A stretch of DNA of 63,996 bases, counting the filler, from Peribolospora baueri (taxonomy: Eukaryota): assembly GCA_029717555.1 (NCBI GenBank). It is 35 parts of 35 records of this genome, joined end to end, with 100 filler letters (N's around TTAATTAATTAA, not from the genome) between each part and the next. Parts side by side here need not be neighbours in the genome. Positions count along the whole stretch, not along the records: positions 21,736 to 23,833 come from JAMDHS010000233.1; positions 23,934 to 25,942 come from JAMDHS010000234.1; positions 26,043 to 27,924 come from JAMDHS010000235.1; positions 28,025 to 29,795 come from JAMDHS010000236.1; positions 29,896 to 31,633 come from JAMDHS010000237.1; positions 31,734 to 33,454 come from JAMDHS010000238.1; positions 33,555 to 35,245 come from JAMDHS010000239.1; positions 35,346 to 37,005 come from JAMDHS010000240.1; 27 more parts are not named here. The stretch is one strand, 5' to 3'. Position 1 is the stretch's first letter, and each line of letters opens with the position of its first letter. A program made the position numbers and the translations under genes. Below, piece by piece: positions 21,736 to 35,880 of the stretch. The notes beneath the pieces were generated by a model. The model ran no database searches, was not told where the DNA came from, and saw nothing but the letters and a program-made list of their open reading frames with translations.

Positions 21736-23707
21736 GTAACACTTATTATATTTATACATAATAGGCCGTACTTGATAAATTTTCCTGGTTTAATTTAAAA
21801 TTTAAATGAGTTTATAATAATTTATATAAATAAAAAGGAGTTAATTTTGAAAAGTTACTAAATATTTTATAGCCAGTTACGCAGGCCGATTCCGCCACGG
21901 TAGAAATCTAAAACATCGTTTATCCGAAGCAATATACATAGATCCTTTATATAAATGTCTCATTATTGTTGAATGATGTATTTGTAATTATTTAGAAGCA
22001 TGAGTTATACTATCAAAAATGTATTTATATTTTGTATTAATATCAATAGGGATTAACGGTTTAGATTCTAATGGCTTTTTATTAGAATATTTTTCTAAAA
22101 CATTAGTATTTCCAGTAAAGTAAAATTCTCCTAAATCAGTAGTAATAATTTTATCCTGTCCAAAATATCTGTAAATACGTCGATATTCTGATATACCATG
22201 TTTTTTCGCAGCTTCAATAAACGAGTTATATGTATTGAATATACTTGATAGATCTGCATGTATAGCATATATTTTATCTTCTAATAATTGGAATGAATGT
22301 TTTAATTCTGAGTATTTAACAGCTTTAGGATGAATTACTTTCCCTACTTTATCTACTCCTGACTGCATAATATTAACATAAATTTTAAGAGTAGGTGAAA
22401 ATGGAGTATCTATTGATTTTATATATCATTCTACCCATTTTCGACTACCACCTAATGCTTTCCAGTTTCAACTTTAGTTTTAAAAGATCCAATTCTATTC
22501 CCTAAAATGTCAGTTATCTGAATAGGAAGTTTAGGATCAATAATCCAATTTTAATTATCAATAGCTGGTAAATTTTTATAAGTAGTATTGTAAGATGCTA
22601 TATCATTTCTTTTTATGCGCCGGGCGCGTACTCTTTTTTTGTAATAAATTAGATAATTGGATCAAAGACTTATTATTATTATTTAATAGATATTTAGAAT
22701 TAATTTCAACATCTTTTAATAATTTAGAAAAATTATCTACTCTAGTTACTAATCTAGAGTTTAATTTAGGTTTAAATCTATCTAAAAATGCTTGTTCTCG
22801 AAGAGATAATTAAAATTTAGTATGGCTCCGCTTTTTATTTTCTTTTTATTAAAAAGAAAAACCACCCAAAAGTAATTTTTCTTCTTTCTCTGCGGAGCGT
22901 TAAAATATGAGAAGGATTAGAAACTATAAATTTAGCTAAAAAATTAGTACGCGCGCAGAACGACGCGCAGCGCACAATATTGTAAAATTAAAAAATTAAA
23001 CTTATCTTGTCCTTCTAGTCTTACACGATCGTAAAAAACATTGTGGCCAGCTCCGCAGGCCCGCCCTCTAATCTTATATTAGTAGCAGTAGGTCTAGTTA
23101 TATTTCGATGCGAGTTATGTCTTATTTTAGCATCAATAGCGGAACCTATATAATATTCTTCTGTATTTTCTAATCTAAATATATATACTTTCGATTTATT
23201 TGCTAATGAGGATAAAGTTTTACTTTTTGATGCTAATGTAAAACCAGTAGATTCTTCAACTAAATTTCCTTCAGAATTTACACTACAAACTAATGGTGTA
23301 TTTGTATTTATGTTTTTAAAAACTTCATTTTTAACATCATCATAAATTTCATCTAATTCTAATACTTTCATTAAGTTAGAATATGCAATTTCATGATTTT
23401 TCCTAATTATGTTTGGAATTGCTTCATCTTTTAACCATTCATTTAGTGCCGGAATATTACTTGATAAATAGGGTATAATTAATACTGAAGTAGAATTTCC
23501 CAAAGAAGATCCTTTTATTATTCCATCTAAATTATATCTAACTTCTATTTCATTTATACTATTATCAAATAATAATCGCAATACTTTGACTGTAGGTATT
23601 ACTTCTTTAATATCATAAATTTCTTCTTCGAGGATTTTCCAATTATTAAATCAGCAACAACTCATTTTTTTCATTAATTAAAACAGAAAAATCATCAAGA
23701 CATAATG
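21736..23707 (-). mobile_element. Mitochondrial cox2 group I intron with a fragmented GIY-YIG ORF
   Basis: KVYIFRLENTEEYYIGSA motif; AT-rich; frameshifts and GC-rich inserts. Confidence 0.78.
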
Positions 23708-23833
23708 ACCAGTACCATTGATGTCCAGCTACTTTAATAGTCATAGATGGAGATATTACTTCATCCATTAAATATAGAAGTTTAAAACTTGGGAAAGCTA
23801 TAGCAATTAAAATTAATGCTGGTGTAATTGTCC
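23708..23833 (-). CDS. cox2: Mitochondrial cox2 exon fragment
   Basis: [41 protein letters not shown]. Confidence 0.93.
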
Positions 23834-23933
23834 NNNNNNNNNNNNNNNNNNNNNNNNNNNNNNNNNNNNNNNNNNNNTTAATTAATTAANNNNNNNNNNN
23901 NNNNNNNNNNNNNNNNNNNNNNNNNNNNNNNNN

Positions 23934-24578
23934 CCCTTTCTTAGTTGAAATAGTAAGATGATTTACTGAGTAATAGTTCCGAATAGCTTGAATCACATGA
24001 TAATCATGATTTTGAGCAATACCAAAGCTATTGTTTCCCTTTTCACGAGTAATGAAAGAACCTTCTGCTTCAATGAAACCTGCAAGCCATTCTTTAAAAT
24101 AAAAAGGTTGATTTAAAAGCACTTGGCTTGTTCGAAGATCATATTTCTTACCTCGTTCAATGAAATACTGAGAAACATTGGGATCTAGTAGAAATTTCTT
24201 AAAGAACTTATATTGTAGTTGCATTCGGCTAGTTAGTGGAGTATACTTTTCAAAGAGTGGTAGAATACTTCGGTGAAATGTCTTTTGATCGTTAATAATC
24301 CATTGAACATAATTTATATTCTTATCTGTTCCTCGTCGTACATAACCTCCATATGTATTACTTACTTGACAAAGCATTTCATAATTTAGAGGCATGTCAT
24401 TAAGTTTAACAACAAGGCGGTATTGTAGGGTTTTTTTACGCCAATGGTTGACTTGTAGACTACCATCACCATCAATAAGACCGATAGTAAAAGGTCCAAT
24501 TTCGTGTTCCTTAAGATTTCGAGGTAACTTAAGTGTTTTACCAGCGATAAGAATGGAGCTGGTGAGAAAATTTCCAGT
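23934..24578 (-). mobile_element. Group I intron at about cox1-1107 with a double-motif LAGLIDADG ORF, frameshifted near its 5' end
   Basis: FTIGLIDGDG and WLAGFIEAEG motifs. Confidence 0.85.
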
Positions 24579-24628
24579 ATCATGTAGAGCAACATCTAAT
24601 GAAGCGTTTGCTAGAACTACTCCTGTTA
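24579..24628 (-). CDS. cox1: Mitochondrial cox1 mini-exon (50 bp)
   Basis: TGVVLANASLDVALHD; 50 bp equals the spacing between intron sites 1057 and 1107; preceded by G and ends in T. Confidence 0.88.
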
Positions 24629-25942
24629 CAAAAAAAAGAAAGTATTATATTATTTCTAGGGGGGGCCTGCGGAGCTGGCCACTAATTTATTTAAATAAGA
24701 GCTGGCCAGTCATATGTGATGAAAATATTTTTCCTTGATAAGATTTACCTGTATCTATATATTCCTTTATTTTATTATGTGATATATTTAATTTCTTACT
24801 ACATTCAATAACACCTTTGAATTCATGTATTTTATTTAAAGTCAAAGCATCAAAAAACAAATACAGCTTGTTTAATATCTTTATTATCTATCATATCACG
24901 CGCCGCGCGCAGTATAAGTTTATTGAAAGCTTGAGATTTTATATCAGTAATTTGTGGTTTATCATTAATTGATAATAATTCACGAGTAAAATACCAACCT
25001 CCTCTAAATAAATTTTTGTTTTTAATATAACTTACAATTGTTCCAGAAGTAGATTGAATTAATCGAGCAAGAAGTTTTACAGAAGTTATACTTGTTAATA
25101 ATACTATTAATCCAGTATAAATAAAAACAACTCCTAATGAATTTGCAACTGATATAAGATTACGACTAATCTCTGAATGAGTTAAACCATAAAATGGATT
25201 ATTTTTTCCAAAAGTTGCAGCAGAAATTAAAGATTTTGTTAATTCACTGTGAGTTCCTCCTAATTTAAGTTTACGTAATAACTCCTTAGTAGCTTCAGAA
25301 TGAGGAAATGAACCTCCTGATTCACCACCAGGATGAATATTATAATAAGGTTTTAGTAATGAAATCCAAAATATCTCTCTATCATTAAGCATATCTACAG
25401 GAATATACTCAATAACTATTAAACAGAAATTATCTTGTCCATATTTTAACAATGCACGTGGAAAACTTCATTATTAGTATTACTTCTGTTTTTACGTTCT
25501 TTAAGGAAACTATCATTTAAATAATTATTAAACCTAACGAGTAAATTTGTTGATTGTCCAACATATGATTTAGACCAATCATTTAGATTAATAAATAAAT
25601 AAATTCCTGATTTTTTACTTCCTCGATGATCTTTTCTAATTTGATCTCTATCATTATAAAAATTAGGATATATTTTAGCAGGCGATGAAAATTTCATCAT
25701 TAATACTATCATGTATAAAATTGGAAAAATTATACTTTCTAAATTTTCTGTCAACTTAGAAATAAAATATATTGTGGCTCCGCCCGAACTAGAAAAAAAA
25801 ATATAATACTCTTTTCTATGGACTTTATCTTTCATATTGTATATTTATAACAAATACAAAGAATCTGCATAAAGTCTCTGAGGATTGATATTTCCTGCTG
25901 ATAAGTTTAGTTTATTTTAACAGTTTATTACGCTGACAGAGC
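24629..25942 (-). mobile_element. Group I intron at about cox1-1057 with a frameshifted GIY-YIG ORF (25835-24850)
   Basis: SGIYLFINLNDWSKSYVGQS; NUMOD3-like HSEATKELLR, HSELTKSLIS and NPFYGLTHS repeats. Confidence 0.83.
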
Positions 25943-26046
25943 NNNNNNNNNNNNNNNNNNNNNNNNNNNNNNNNNNNNNNNNNNNNTTAATTAATTAANN
26001 NNNNNNNNNNNNNNNNNNNNNNNNNNNNNNNNNNNNNNNNNNGTCA

Positions 26047-27918
26047 ATGTCGCTCGATGAGCGCATGTACCTCTTCGACTTCGACAACACCCCCCGTCCG
26101 CCTTCGGCTTCTGTCCAGGAGCAACATCAACATCAACATCTCAATATGCCGAAACAAGCTTATCAGGCTTCGAAGCTGCCTCAACAAAACCCGACCACGC
26201 TGCGGTCGTCGCCACTCGTCGCCCTTGGTCCGAATGTCAAAATCGGATTACATGCCGAAAGGGACGCCGGCGCCTTAGCGGTGGCCGACCCATGACCGTC
26301 GAGGTCCCTGAAAAAAACGACTACGGAACACGACGGCGACCAGCTCGGGTGCTTCTCATGTGTTACCCGCACCTCCAGGAGCGGGCTGCCCATTCTGTAC
26401 AGCTTCACTCAACAGGGTGTTCAGAGCGGCATTGATGTCTGTGCTTGACCACACGTTCCCGTCGTCCACTGCGACCAAGCAGGTGCCGGCTCCTGAGCTG
26501 TCATCGCCCGTAGCCGTCAGACTGAAATTGGGATCCGACGTAACGTTGACTTGTGTCCATAGGCCATCCTGGGCCGCTGTAGAATTGAGCTGCTGGGACG
26601 ACCCGACCTGCTCGGCTGACCACGACGAAGCGGCTTGTGTCGGCGTAAGCCGCTGCGTTGACGGACTCTGAAAAGGGGACGCCAACTTTGTCGATGGAAG
26701 CTGCTGCACCTGTCGCTGCCCTTGATGTGGTTGCTGCTGCCCAAGGCTGCCCAACCAGTGGGCTGATGCGGTAGAGCGGCGACGAAAAGTCGGGCGACGA
26801 GTTATTCCTTGTCGGTTGTTGCGGCGTCAGCGTGTTGTACAGTGCCTGGATGCGTGGGAGAAAACGGGGGGCGGAAGGGCCGAGACAAGAAAGGTTGCAA
26901 AAATAAATGCCATGTGAGCTTGGTTCTTCGGTCGAGAAGCGAGCTGGAAAGACAAGACGCGCCGTCGCAGTTTTCCGACACCCACCTTTCCTGCCATTGG
27001 GCTGATGCTCGACGCTCCGGTGCCGGGAATGGGATTGTGAGTAGGTGTGGAAGGCCCACCGCGATATAATACGCCCGGATCCGAATAGAAGGACCCCTCT
27101 GCTGGACGTATGCCGGTCTGGACGGGAAAGGCGGTATCGTGCTGCTGGTACATTTGCTGCTGGGGACCTGGATCCGAATGGAAACTCGCATTGGGAGGAT
27201 GAGAAAGCCCCGCCTTTCAAAGTGCGGCTGGTTCCGAAGAGCGAGAGTTTCAGTCCCGGGACGCAACGCAGCATTTACTTGAGAACCACCATGCGGCTGC
27301 GCTTCCCCCCACTGCTGCCACGACTGGGCCCCCAGAGGCATCGCGGGGGGGACACCTTGAGGGACGCCGCCTCCATCCCCCGTCATCTGGATCATGGGGG
27401 CCACAGGCGGAACAACGGTCTCGGGCCATCTGGAGACGGGCGCAACCAGGCGACTGGCGGGATAAGACGACGGTGGTGGAGCTTGACCTGCATGAGGAGG
27501 CGGCAGCACTTGGGAGGAAGCGACGGACGTCGGAGGTTCCAGAGAGGGCAGAGGAGCAAGCGTAGGATGGCTCGTCGCCGCCGGCGCCGTCATGGGCGGG
27601 ACGTTCGTCTGGGTTAGGGACGCAGTCTGTGCCATCGTCGTGGCCGGCTGCCCCTGCAACTCAGCGAAGGCGTGTGCTTCTCCCACTCCCTCCAGACGGA
27701 CGGTATTCGGTGGACATGAGCCGCTGTGCTGATGGCCGGGTTGGCTCGGACCAAGGGCGACGAGTGGCGACGAACGCAGCGTGGTCGGGTTTTGTTGCGC
27801 AGCCTGAGAAGCTTGTTCCGGCATGTCGCGATGTCGACGTTGCGCCTGGACAGAAGCCGAAGGCGGACGGAGGGCGGTGTCGAGGTGCGAAGAGGTACAT
27901 TTGCTCACCGAGCGACAT
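26047..27918. repeat. Imperfect inverted repeat of about 180 bp (26047-26233 vs 27743-27918) flanking a Q/P/S-rich minus-strand coding fragment
   Basis: Both arms encode RPPSASVQ..MPxQAxQA..QQNPTTLRSSPLVALGP, on opposite strands. Confidence 0.8.
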
Positions 27919-28024
27919 CGCCGANNNNNNNNNNNNNNNNNNNNNNNNNNNNNNNNNNNNNNNNNNNNTTAATTAATTAANNNNNNNNNNNNNNNNNNNN
28001 NNNNNNNNNNNNNNNNNNNNNNNN

Positions 28025-29795
28025 GGCGAACCCGCCTTCGAGCAAAAGTTCTAGTCCCTCCTCTGGACCGGGGCCATCGGGATCGCGAAGGAACTCGCCA
28101 GCCGTGCGGACCCATATGAAAAGTCCATGTGCTCGCTGGACCAGGTCATCCCGGCGTTCCTGCCCGGGCCAGTCATCGTCTTGCGACTGCTGTAAAGCGG
28201 TCTCGTCCATCTCATTTTTAACGTACAGAGCAATGTCGTCTAATGTATTCGAGTCGTCCGTGCTGAGGTTGTGGTGGGCGACAGAGTCGCGAAGGCTAGA
28301 CATGGTCGTCTCGACCTTATTGTCGGATCGGCTGGTGACAAACAGCTTAAAGAATTTTGGGAGCTCCGGCACCCGGTGTCTGAGGACGGCGAGGAGATCG
28401 TCACGACCTTCCTCGCACTTGTCCAAGACGTCGAGGACAACGACGATGGGCTTGGCGGATCGGAGGGCACGAAGAGGGGCGGCAAGCAGCTTCTCGAACT
28501 GGTTGGCGACCGCTCCCTTGCCCGCGTCGGGATCCCTTTTCAGCGCCGAGATGATCGTCTCGGCGAGGGAATGCTCACCAGCATTGCCGTGACCAAGATG
28601 AAAGGCGATGGTGCTGAAGACGAGCCGCGCATTGCGCCGATCGGCAAAATCGCGACTGAAAAAGAAGCTTGCACCGAGAATGCCCTCGTCATCATCGATG
28701 ATCCCCGCAATGGTATTGGCAATCGTAGATTTGCCGGAGCCAGCGAGTCCGGTGATCCAAAAGACTTGGCTGCCCTGGAGATCCCGAGTCCAGTTCCGGA
28801 CTTGTTCCACGATTTCGGTCCGCGTGCCCGAGAGACACGACCGGCCCCGATCGTACTCGGCTAGCTCGGCACGAGGAGGTGCTCCAACCATTCTGCCCAT
28901 TCTGTTCGGGGAGCATAAAGTCAGGATTACAATAATTGAGTAGGAACTAAGCAAGTTCTCAAGGAGACTGTGCCATGCGCAGACAGAATACACGAACCCT
29001 TCTCTTGGTTCTCGCGTCGATGCTCGGATATTCCGGCAGCAATCTCCATGTTGACAGCGATTTGGAACTGCGCAGTGATTTTTCGAAATTGTTCCTCGTA
29101 CGCAGCGATCTTGGTGCTGTCTTCAGTGCTCAAAGCAAAGCGAATGATACGCTCTATGGGCAGATCGCGAGGCGAGTCAGCCAACGCCGTGCTCGCCGAG
29201 AGGAAGCCCGGAACTCACTCCAATAGGCCCGCTGTCCGCTCTGCTTGATGAGCATGGCGCATCCTACCATGGCCTCGATCATGTCCCTCACTGCATCTTT
29301 CAATAGAGCGATCGTGGCCCAACGCTGGGCTTCGTTGATCCAACGGCTCATCTGCTGGATCTGGTCACCTAGGCCTTTGAGTTGTTCATCCAGCTGCGCC
29401 TGCTGCTGGAGCACCTGTTGCAAGAGAGGCATCATGTCCGCACGACATTTCGTTATCAGCTGAAACAAAGGTGCTCAAAGCACATTCTCAAAGACGTACC
29501 CGGTAGGCGGCTGACACAATGCCCCAGGCCAGCTTGGCTGCAGGGTGAAGCTGCGCGCACGACATGGCAAGTCAGGAAGCATGGTAGCGACGGCTACGCT
29601 CAATTCCCCTACCGTAATAGCTCACATTTGCAGTGGCGTCTCCAATTTGGACGAAGCGGTCGACAAAGCCTAAGAACTTGTCGAGGGGCGCCCATTCTAC
29701 GACGGCGTTGAGTTCAGAAAGATATGTGTCGACTTGGGCGGAAACTTGCACGGCCGTTTGCTCCGAAGCATCGAACCTAGCAAAAGGCAGGCCGC
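28025..29795 (-). CDS. NACHT NTPase (fungal NLR-like) with an N-terminal helical domain; multi-exon, partial
   Basis: CLSGTR, VFWITGLAGSGKSTIA (Walker A), ASFFFSR, VVVLDVLDKC (degenerate Walker B), FVTSR, GLFIW. Confidence 0.88.
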
Positions 29796-29895
29796 NNNNN
29801 NNNNNNNNNNNNNNNNNNNNNNNNNNNNNNNNNNNNNNNTTAATTAATTAANNNNNNNNNNNNNNNNNNNNNNNNNNNNNNNNNNNNNNNNNNNN

Positions 29896-31633
<1,738 letters not shown>

Positions 31634-31733
31634 NNNNNNNNNNNNNNNNNNNNNNNNNNNNNNNNNNNNNNNNNNNNTTAATTAATTAANNNNNNNNNNN
31701 NNNNNNNNNNNNNNNNNNNNNNNNNNNNNNNNN

Positions 31734-33454
31734 CACCGTGACATGATCATCGGCGTGCGACGGGCAGTTTTCGTATCAAATCATCAGGTTTCGGTCGATC
31801 CAGACTCTGACGGCGACCAGGACGGAGCGTGGACGGAGCATGGACGGAGCGTGGACGGCCTACTCTTTTTTCTCATCTCGCTGTGAGAACACGGGACGGA
31901 GGATGGACTGAGAGAGCTCTGGGTGGGGAATACGACGTTGATGGCGCAAACAGGGGTGATGTGACGCTCGTCGCATTGCCCGTTTTTCGATCTTTACCCT
32001 CTGGTTTCTGTGGGGTCGAAGATCGCTCGCTGGCCTCTTTCGTTGTTGTGATGAAAGGCTCGAGATGCCGGGTGAGAGAAGCTGAGCCAGAACCGGTATG
32101 GCGTTCATCGCGGTTGAGACCGCGGACGAAGGTGGAGACCCGTGCGTATCTGGCAAGGGTATGACGACCATTGCGCCGCTCACGAGAATGGTCGGCGCTG
32201 ATATCGGGACCGTTGGCCGGTCTTTCCTCCCCTTGCCCCTCTCTTCCTTTTCTGCCTCCACCGGTTAAGGTGTGGGGCCATGGTACATGTCCACGACATC
32301 GACACCGGACAGGCGCATACCACACCGCTCCGGCTGTGCTGTATTCGTCAAAATGTGAACCTCAGGGCGCTCGAAGACGTCCTGCTCGTCCAGGTGGATG
32401 AAATGGTCGTACTGTACAATTGGAGGTCCTGGACCAGGATATGGGAGCGAGTGTGTAGCCTCACACCGCTCTTATTAAACGAGTCGTCGTTCTCGTTCTC
32501 CAACGCTCACGATCGGACGTGGACACCACCTCGTTCCTCCCCTCCATCCTCCCAGCCGCACCGGCCTGGTCGCACGCCCCTTGCCGGCACCGCTGCGCCA
32601 CTGACCCGAGACGGCGTCATCGTGCTGACCCGGGATTGTGTGGCGCGGAATCATGTTCTGGAGCTGTATCAGACGACGAAGATGGAAACGCTCGTTGCCG
32701 AAATGGACATCGATATCTCCCATTGGTACGGAGGGGCTAAGTACCATCTGGTTGATCGCGAGGCTGACGAGTCGTACGTCGTCATTTGCCTTAGGAGTGC
32801 ATCGTGAGCACCTACCTCTCCCTTTCTGTGCGGGCAGGGTGGACGCTCTGGTCTGACTTGACTCGATGCCTGGGCGCTGCAGATACTTGGCACGCAAATC
32901 CGACTTGCTTTCCCTCCTCTACCCGCCGCCCTCTCGCTGTCCTCCCCGAGCGGCGGCCTCACCATGCCTTCAAAGGAATGGGCGAGAACGCATTGCATGA
33001 GGACGATATGGGGCCCTGGCACTCCAATTAACCAGACCAAAATACACTGCTGTACAGTCAGCGGATCCCGCGTGATATGGACCATCGAAGCGGTTGTGAA
33101 CGACGGCCTGTCGTCCCTTGGCAAGATGTTCAAAAGGTTCTTCTTTTTCTTCTGGGAGGCGAAAAAGGATTTCTTCGAGGGAGCGAAAAAGGAAATTATG
33201 GAAGGGATGGTGTTCCGGGAGGACGTGGGTTCCTTGGAAATCTTTAGGTTCGCCTCTTCGAGCGAGCGCTGCGCGATGGAGACGTGGTATGTGGCTAGCC
33301 CGATGGGGTGGTGGTCGGGGATGGGACCGCCACCACCTCAGTCGACGTTCCTTAAGTGCGGCCTGAGCGACGATTGTCCGTCGTCCAACAAGGCCGACTA
33401 TGAGATGAGCCTGCAAGGTCCTCGCCTGGGGCTCGTGAGTCGACCTTGGGACGG
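31734..33454 (+). CDS. Hypothetical protein fragment, probably multi-exon, no recognised family
   Basis: Consecutive plus-strand ORFs (32280-32807, 32964-33454) with coding-like composition and plausible introns. Confidence 0.35.
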
Positions 33455-33615
33455 NNNNNNNNNNNNNNNNNNNNNNNNNNNNNNNNNNNNNNNNNNNNTT
33501 AATTAATTAANNNNNNNNNNNNNNNNNNNNNNNNNNNNNNNNNNNNNNNNNNNNCGCTCTGCATCAACCCGCACCACGTACCGCGCCTAGTGGCACCCCG
33601 GTGGCACAAGGATGC

Positions 33616-34236
33616 TCAAAGCTGGTGAGTTCCCGGCGGCACAAGGTTGCTCAAATCTTGCAGCGGCGGAGGGTTGTTCTGCGCCCCTCGCGCCGGCGCG
33701 GGGTTCGGGTTGTGCTGGCTGTACGCCGGTGGTTCCTTGGGTATACGAGTGCCCCCCGGCCCGGTGAAGTACCCAGTTTTGTCCTTGCTCCCCCCAAGAA
33801 AGCTGCCAAGCTTGCTCCAAAGAGGATTGCGCGCAGCCAGCCATACCACTTCATCCCCGACCACGTCCCGCGACGAGTGTCCACTTCCGCTGTTTCCCCC
33901 ATGTTGTCCCAGAAGGTTGCCCACATCGTTCAGCTCCGGCGTCGTGGTTGGAGGGTTGCCGTGGGCTCCTGGCGTATACCCTGGCGGCCTCGGGTCTTGC
34001 GGGTTGTACGCCGGAGGTGCAGGGTTAGGGTTAACCTGTTCCTTGGGTACATGAGTGCCATCCTGCAAGGTGTAGTGCCCAGATATGTCGTTGTTCGTCC
34101 AAGGAGGATTGCGCGCAGCCAGCCGTACCACTTCATCCCCCACCATGTCTCGCTCCCACGCCTTCGTCCCAATCGGCAGAGCAGACGCCGCGCTAGTGAC
34201 TGCCGCCGCCAGGATGAACGTCTTGACGAGCTGCAT
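33616..34236 (-). CDS. Secreted two-module peptide precursor, variant A (206 aa)
   Basis: Signal peptide MQLVKTFILAAAVTSAASA; two RD[MV]VGDEVV[RW]LAAR-NP spacers; Pro-rich modules with PPxY. Confidence 0.85.
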   Translation of the reverse strand: MQLVKTFILAAAVTSAASALPIGTKAWERDMVGDEVVRLAARNPPWTNNDISGHYTLQDGTHVPKEQVNPNPAPPAYNPQDPRPPGYTPGAHGNPPTTTPELNDVGNLLGQHGGNSGSGHSSRDVVGDEVVWLAARNPLWSKLGSFLGGSKDKTGYFTGPGGTRIPKEPPAYSQHNPNPAPARGAQNNPPPLQDLSNLVPPGTHQL

Positions 34237-35406
34237 CCTTTAGACCACGTGACAGATCGTGAGGGGAATAGGGGTTTCGAAAAAAAGAGTGACCGGCACT
34301 CGAAGCAAAAGAGGATGAGGGATAGAAGAGGTAGACAAACGCGTCCTGCGCGAGTAGAAGAGGAAGAGTGATGATGAGAAGAGAGGGTGAGAAGAATGCG
34401 ACAACGAAACCCGGTCGTCTCGCCTTTTATGCGTGTCAGCGTGACATCGAGTTCGTCATGGGAGTGGTGACCCTAACCCTAAGCACATATCTCCATCGAA
34501 GGTCGTGTCATGACGTTATTATAACATCCGGGCCGAGTGGGCAACGCCGAGCAACGCCGAGCGCACAAGCCGTGGAGTCCACACCGGGCTAGCTCCTTAC
34601 GGGCGTCTTTGTTCCGCCTTCTCCGCCGGCAATTTCGGCCACCTGCATCTCATATCTCTGCCGTGGCTGCCTCTGACTCATGGGCGCAAGCTGTGGCTGT
34701 GTCCGTCCAGTGTGGGGCTCGCCCGGCACCGCAGGTACTGAAGTCACCCGTCCGCTCGCAGTCCAGGTTGGAATCGCCCACTCTGTCCTGATTCACCAAT
34801 CCGTCATCGCCCCGCTTAACATTCTCAATCGATATTTCAACACCTGCAGCAATTATCTGTCTCAATAGTCTTGGTACATATCTCCATCAGAGGTCGGAGA
34901 ACGTACGTTGCATGACGTTATCATAACATTTGGGCCGGTGGGCAACGCCGAGCGCCATCTCCTTCGTCTCTGGCTAAGCCGCACCGAGAAAGGCGAACGG
35001 TTCGACTGCGAGCAAGAGGTCTTTGTAGCCTGCCGCGCAAGCCGCGCCACGAGTCAAATGGCGACGCGCCGACGACACAGCCGCGGCAGGGACGCTCAGC
35101 GCGGGCACGGCGAGTTGCGCGCAAACGAAACCAGGGCCCGCTAAGGAAGGTCGACAAAAAGGGTCTTCTTTATGACTGCATCTCGGCGCAAATAAGTCTG
35201 AGTTTGTTTTTCACCTTTTTCTCCTGTAACCTCGCGCACAAGCCCNNNNNNNNNNNNNNNNNNNNNNNNNNNNNNNNNNNNNNNNNNNNTTAATTAATTA
35301 ANNNNNNNNNNNNNNNNNNNNNNNNNNNNNNNNNNNNNNNNNNNNCGCTCTGCATCAACCCGCACCACGTACCGCGCCTAGTGGCACCCCGGTGGCACAA
35401 GGATGC

Positions 35407-35880
35407 TCAAAGCTGGTGAGTTCCCGGCGGCACAAGGTTGCTCAAATCTTGCAGCGGCGGAGGGTTGTTCTGGGCCCCTCGCGCCGGCGCGGGGTTCGGG
35501 TCGTGCTGGCTGTACGGCGGTGGTGCCTTGGGTATACGAGTGCCCCCCGGCCCGGTGAAGTACCCAGTTTTGTCCTTGCTCCCCCCAAGAAAGCTGCTAA
35601 GCTTGCTCCAAAGAGGATTGCGCGCAGCCAGCCATACCACTTCATCCCCGACCACGTCCCGCGCCATGTTTCCATTGTCCATGACCTGCGGCGAACAGGC
35701 CCACGGCTGCCCAGGAATTGAGCAAAAGTCGTTGTCGTTCTTCGAAGGAGGATTGCGCGCAGCCAGCCATACCACTTCATCCCCCACCATGTCCCGCTCC
35801 CACGCCTTCGTCCCTATCGGCAGAGCAGACGCCGTGCTAGTGACGGCCGCCGCCAGGATGAACGCCTTGACGAGCTGCAT
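35407..35880 (-). CDS. Secreted two-module peptide precursor, variant B (157 aa)
   Basis: Same leader, spacers and module 2 as variant A; module 1 is a short two-Cys peptide; contig ends are identical to variant A for exactly 127 bp. Confidence 0.85.
   Translation of the reverse strand: MQLVKAFILAAAVTSTASALPIGTKAWERDMVGDEVVWLAARNPPSKNDNDFCSIPGQPWACSPQVMDNGNMARDVVGDEVVWLAARNPLWSKLSSFLGGSKDKTGYFTGPGGTRIPKAPPPYSQHDPNPAPARGAQNNPPPLQDLSNLVPPGTHQL

Noticed and set aside
34020..34036. Interstitial telomere AGGGTTAGGGTTA
   Set aside because: Encodes NPNP within the secreted protein; too short to be meaningful.
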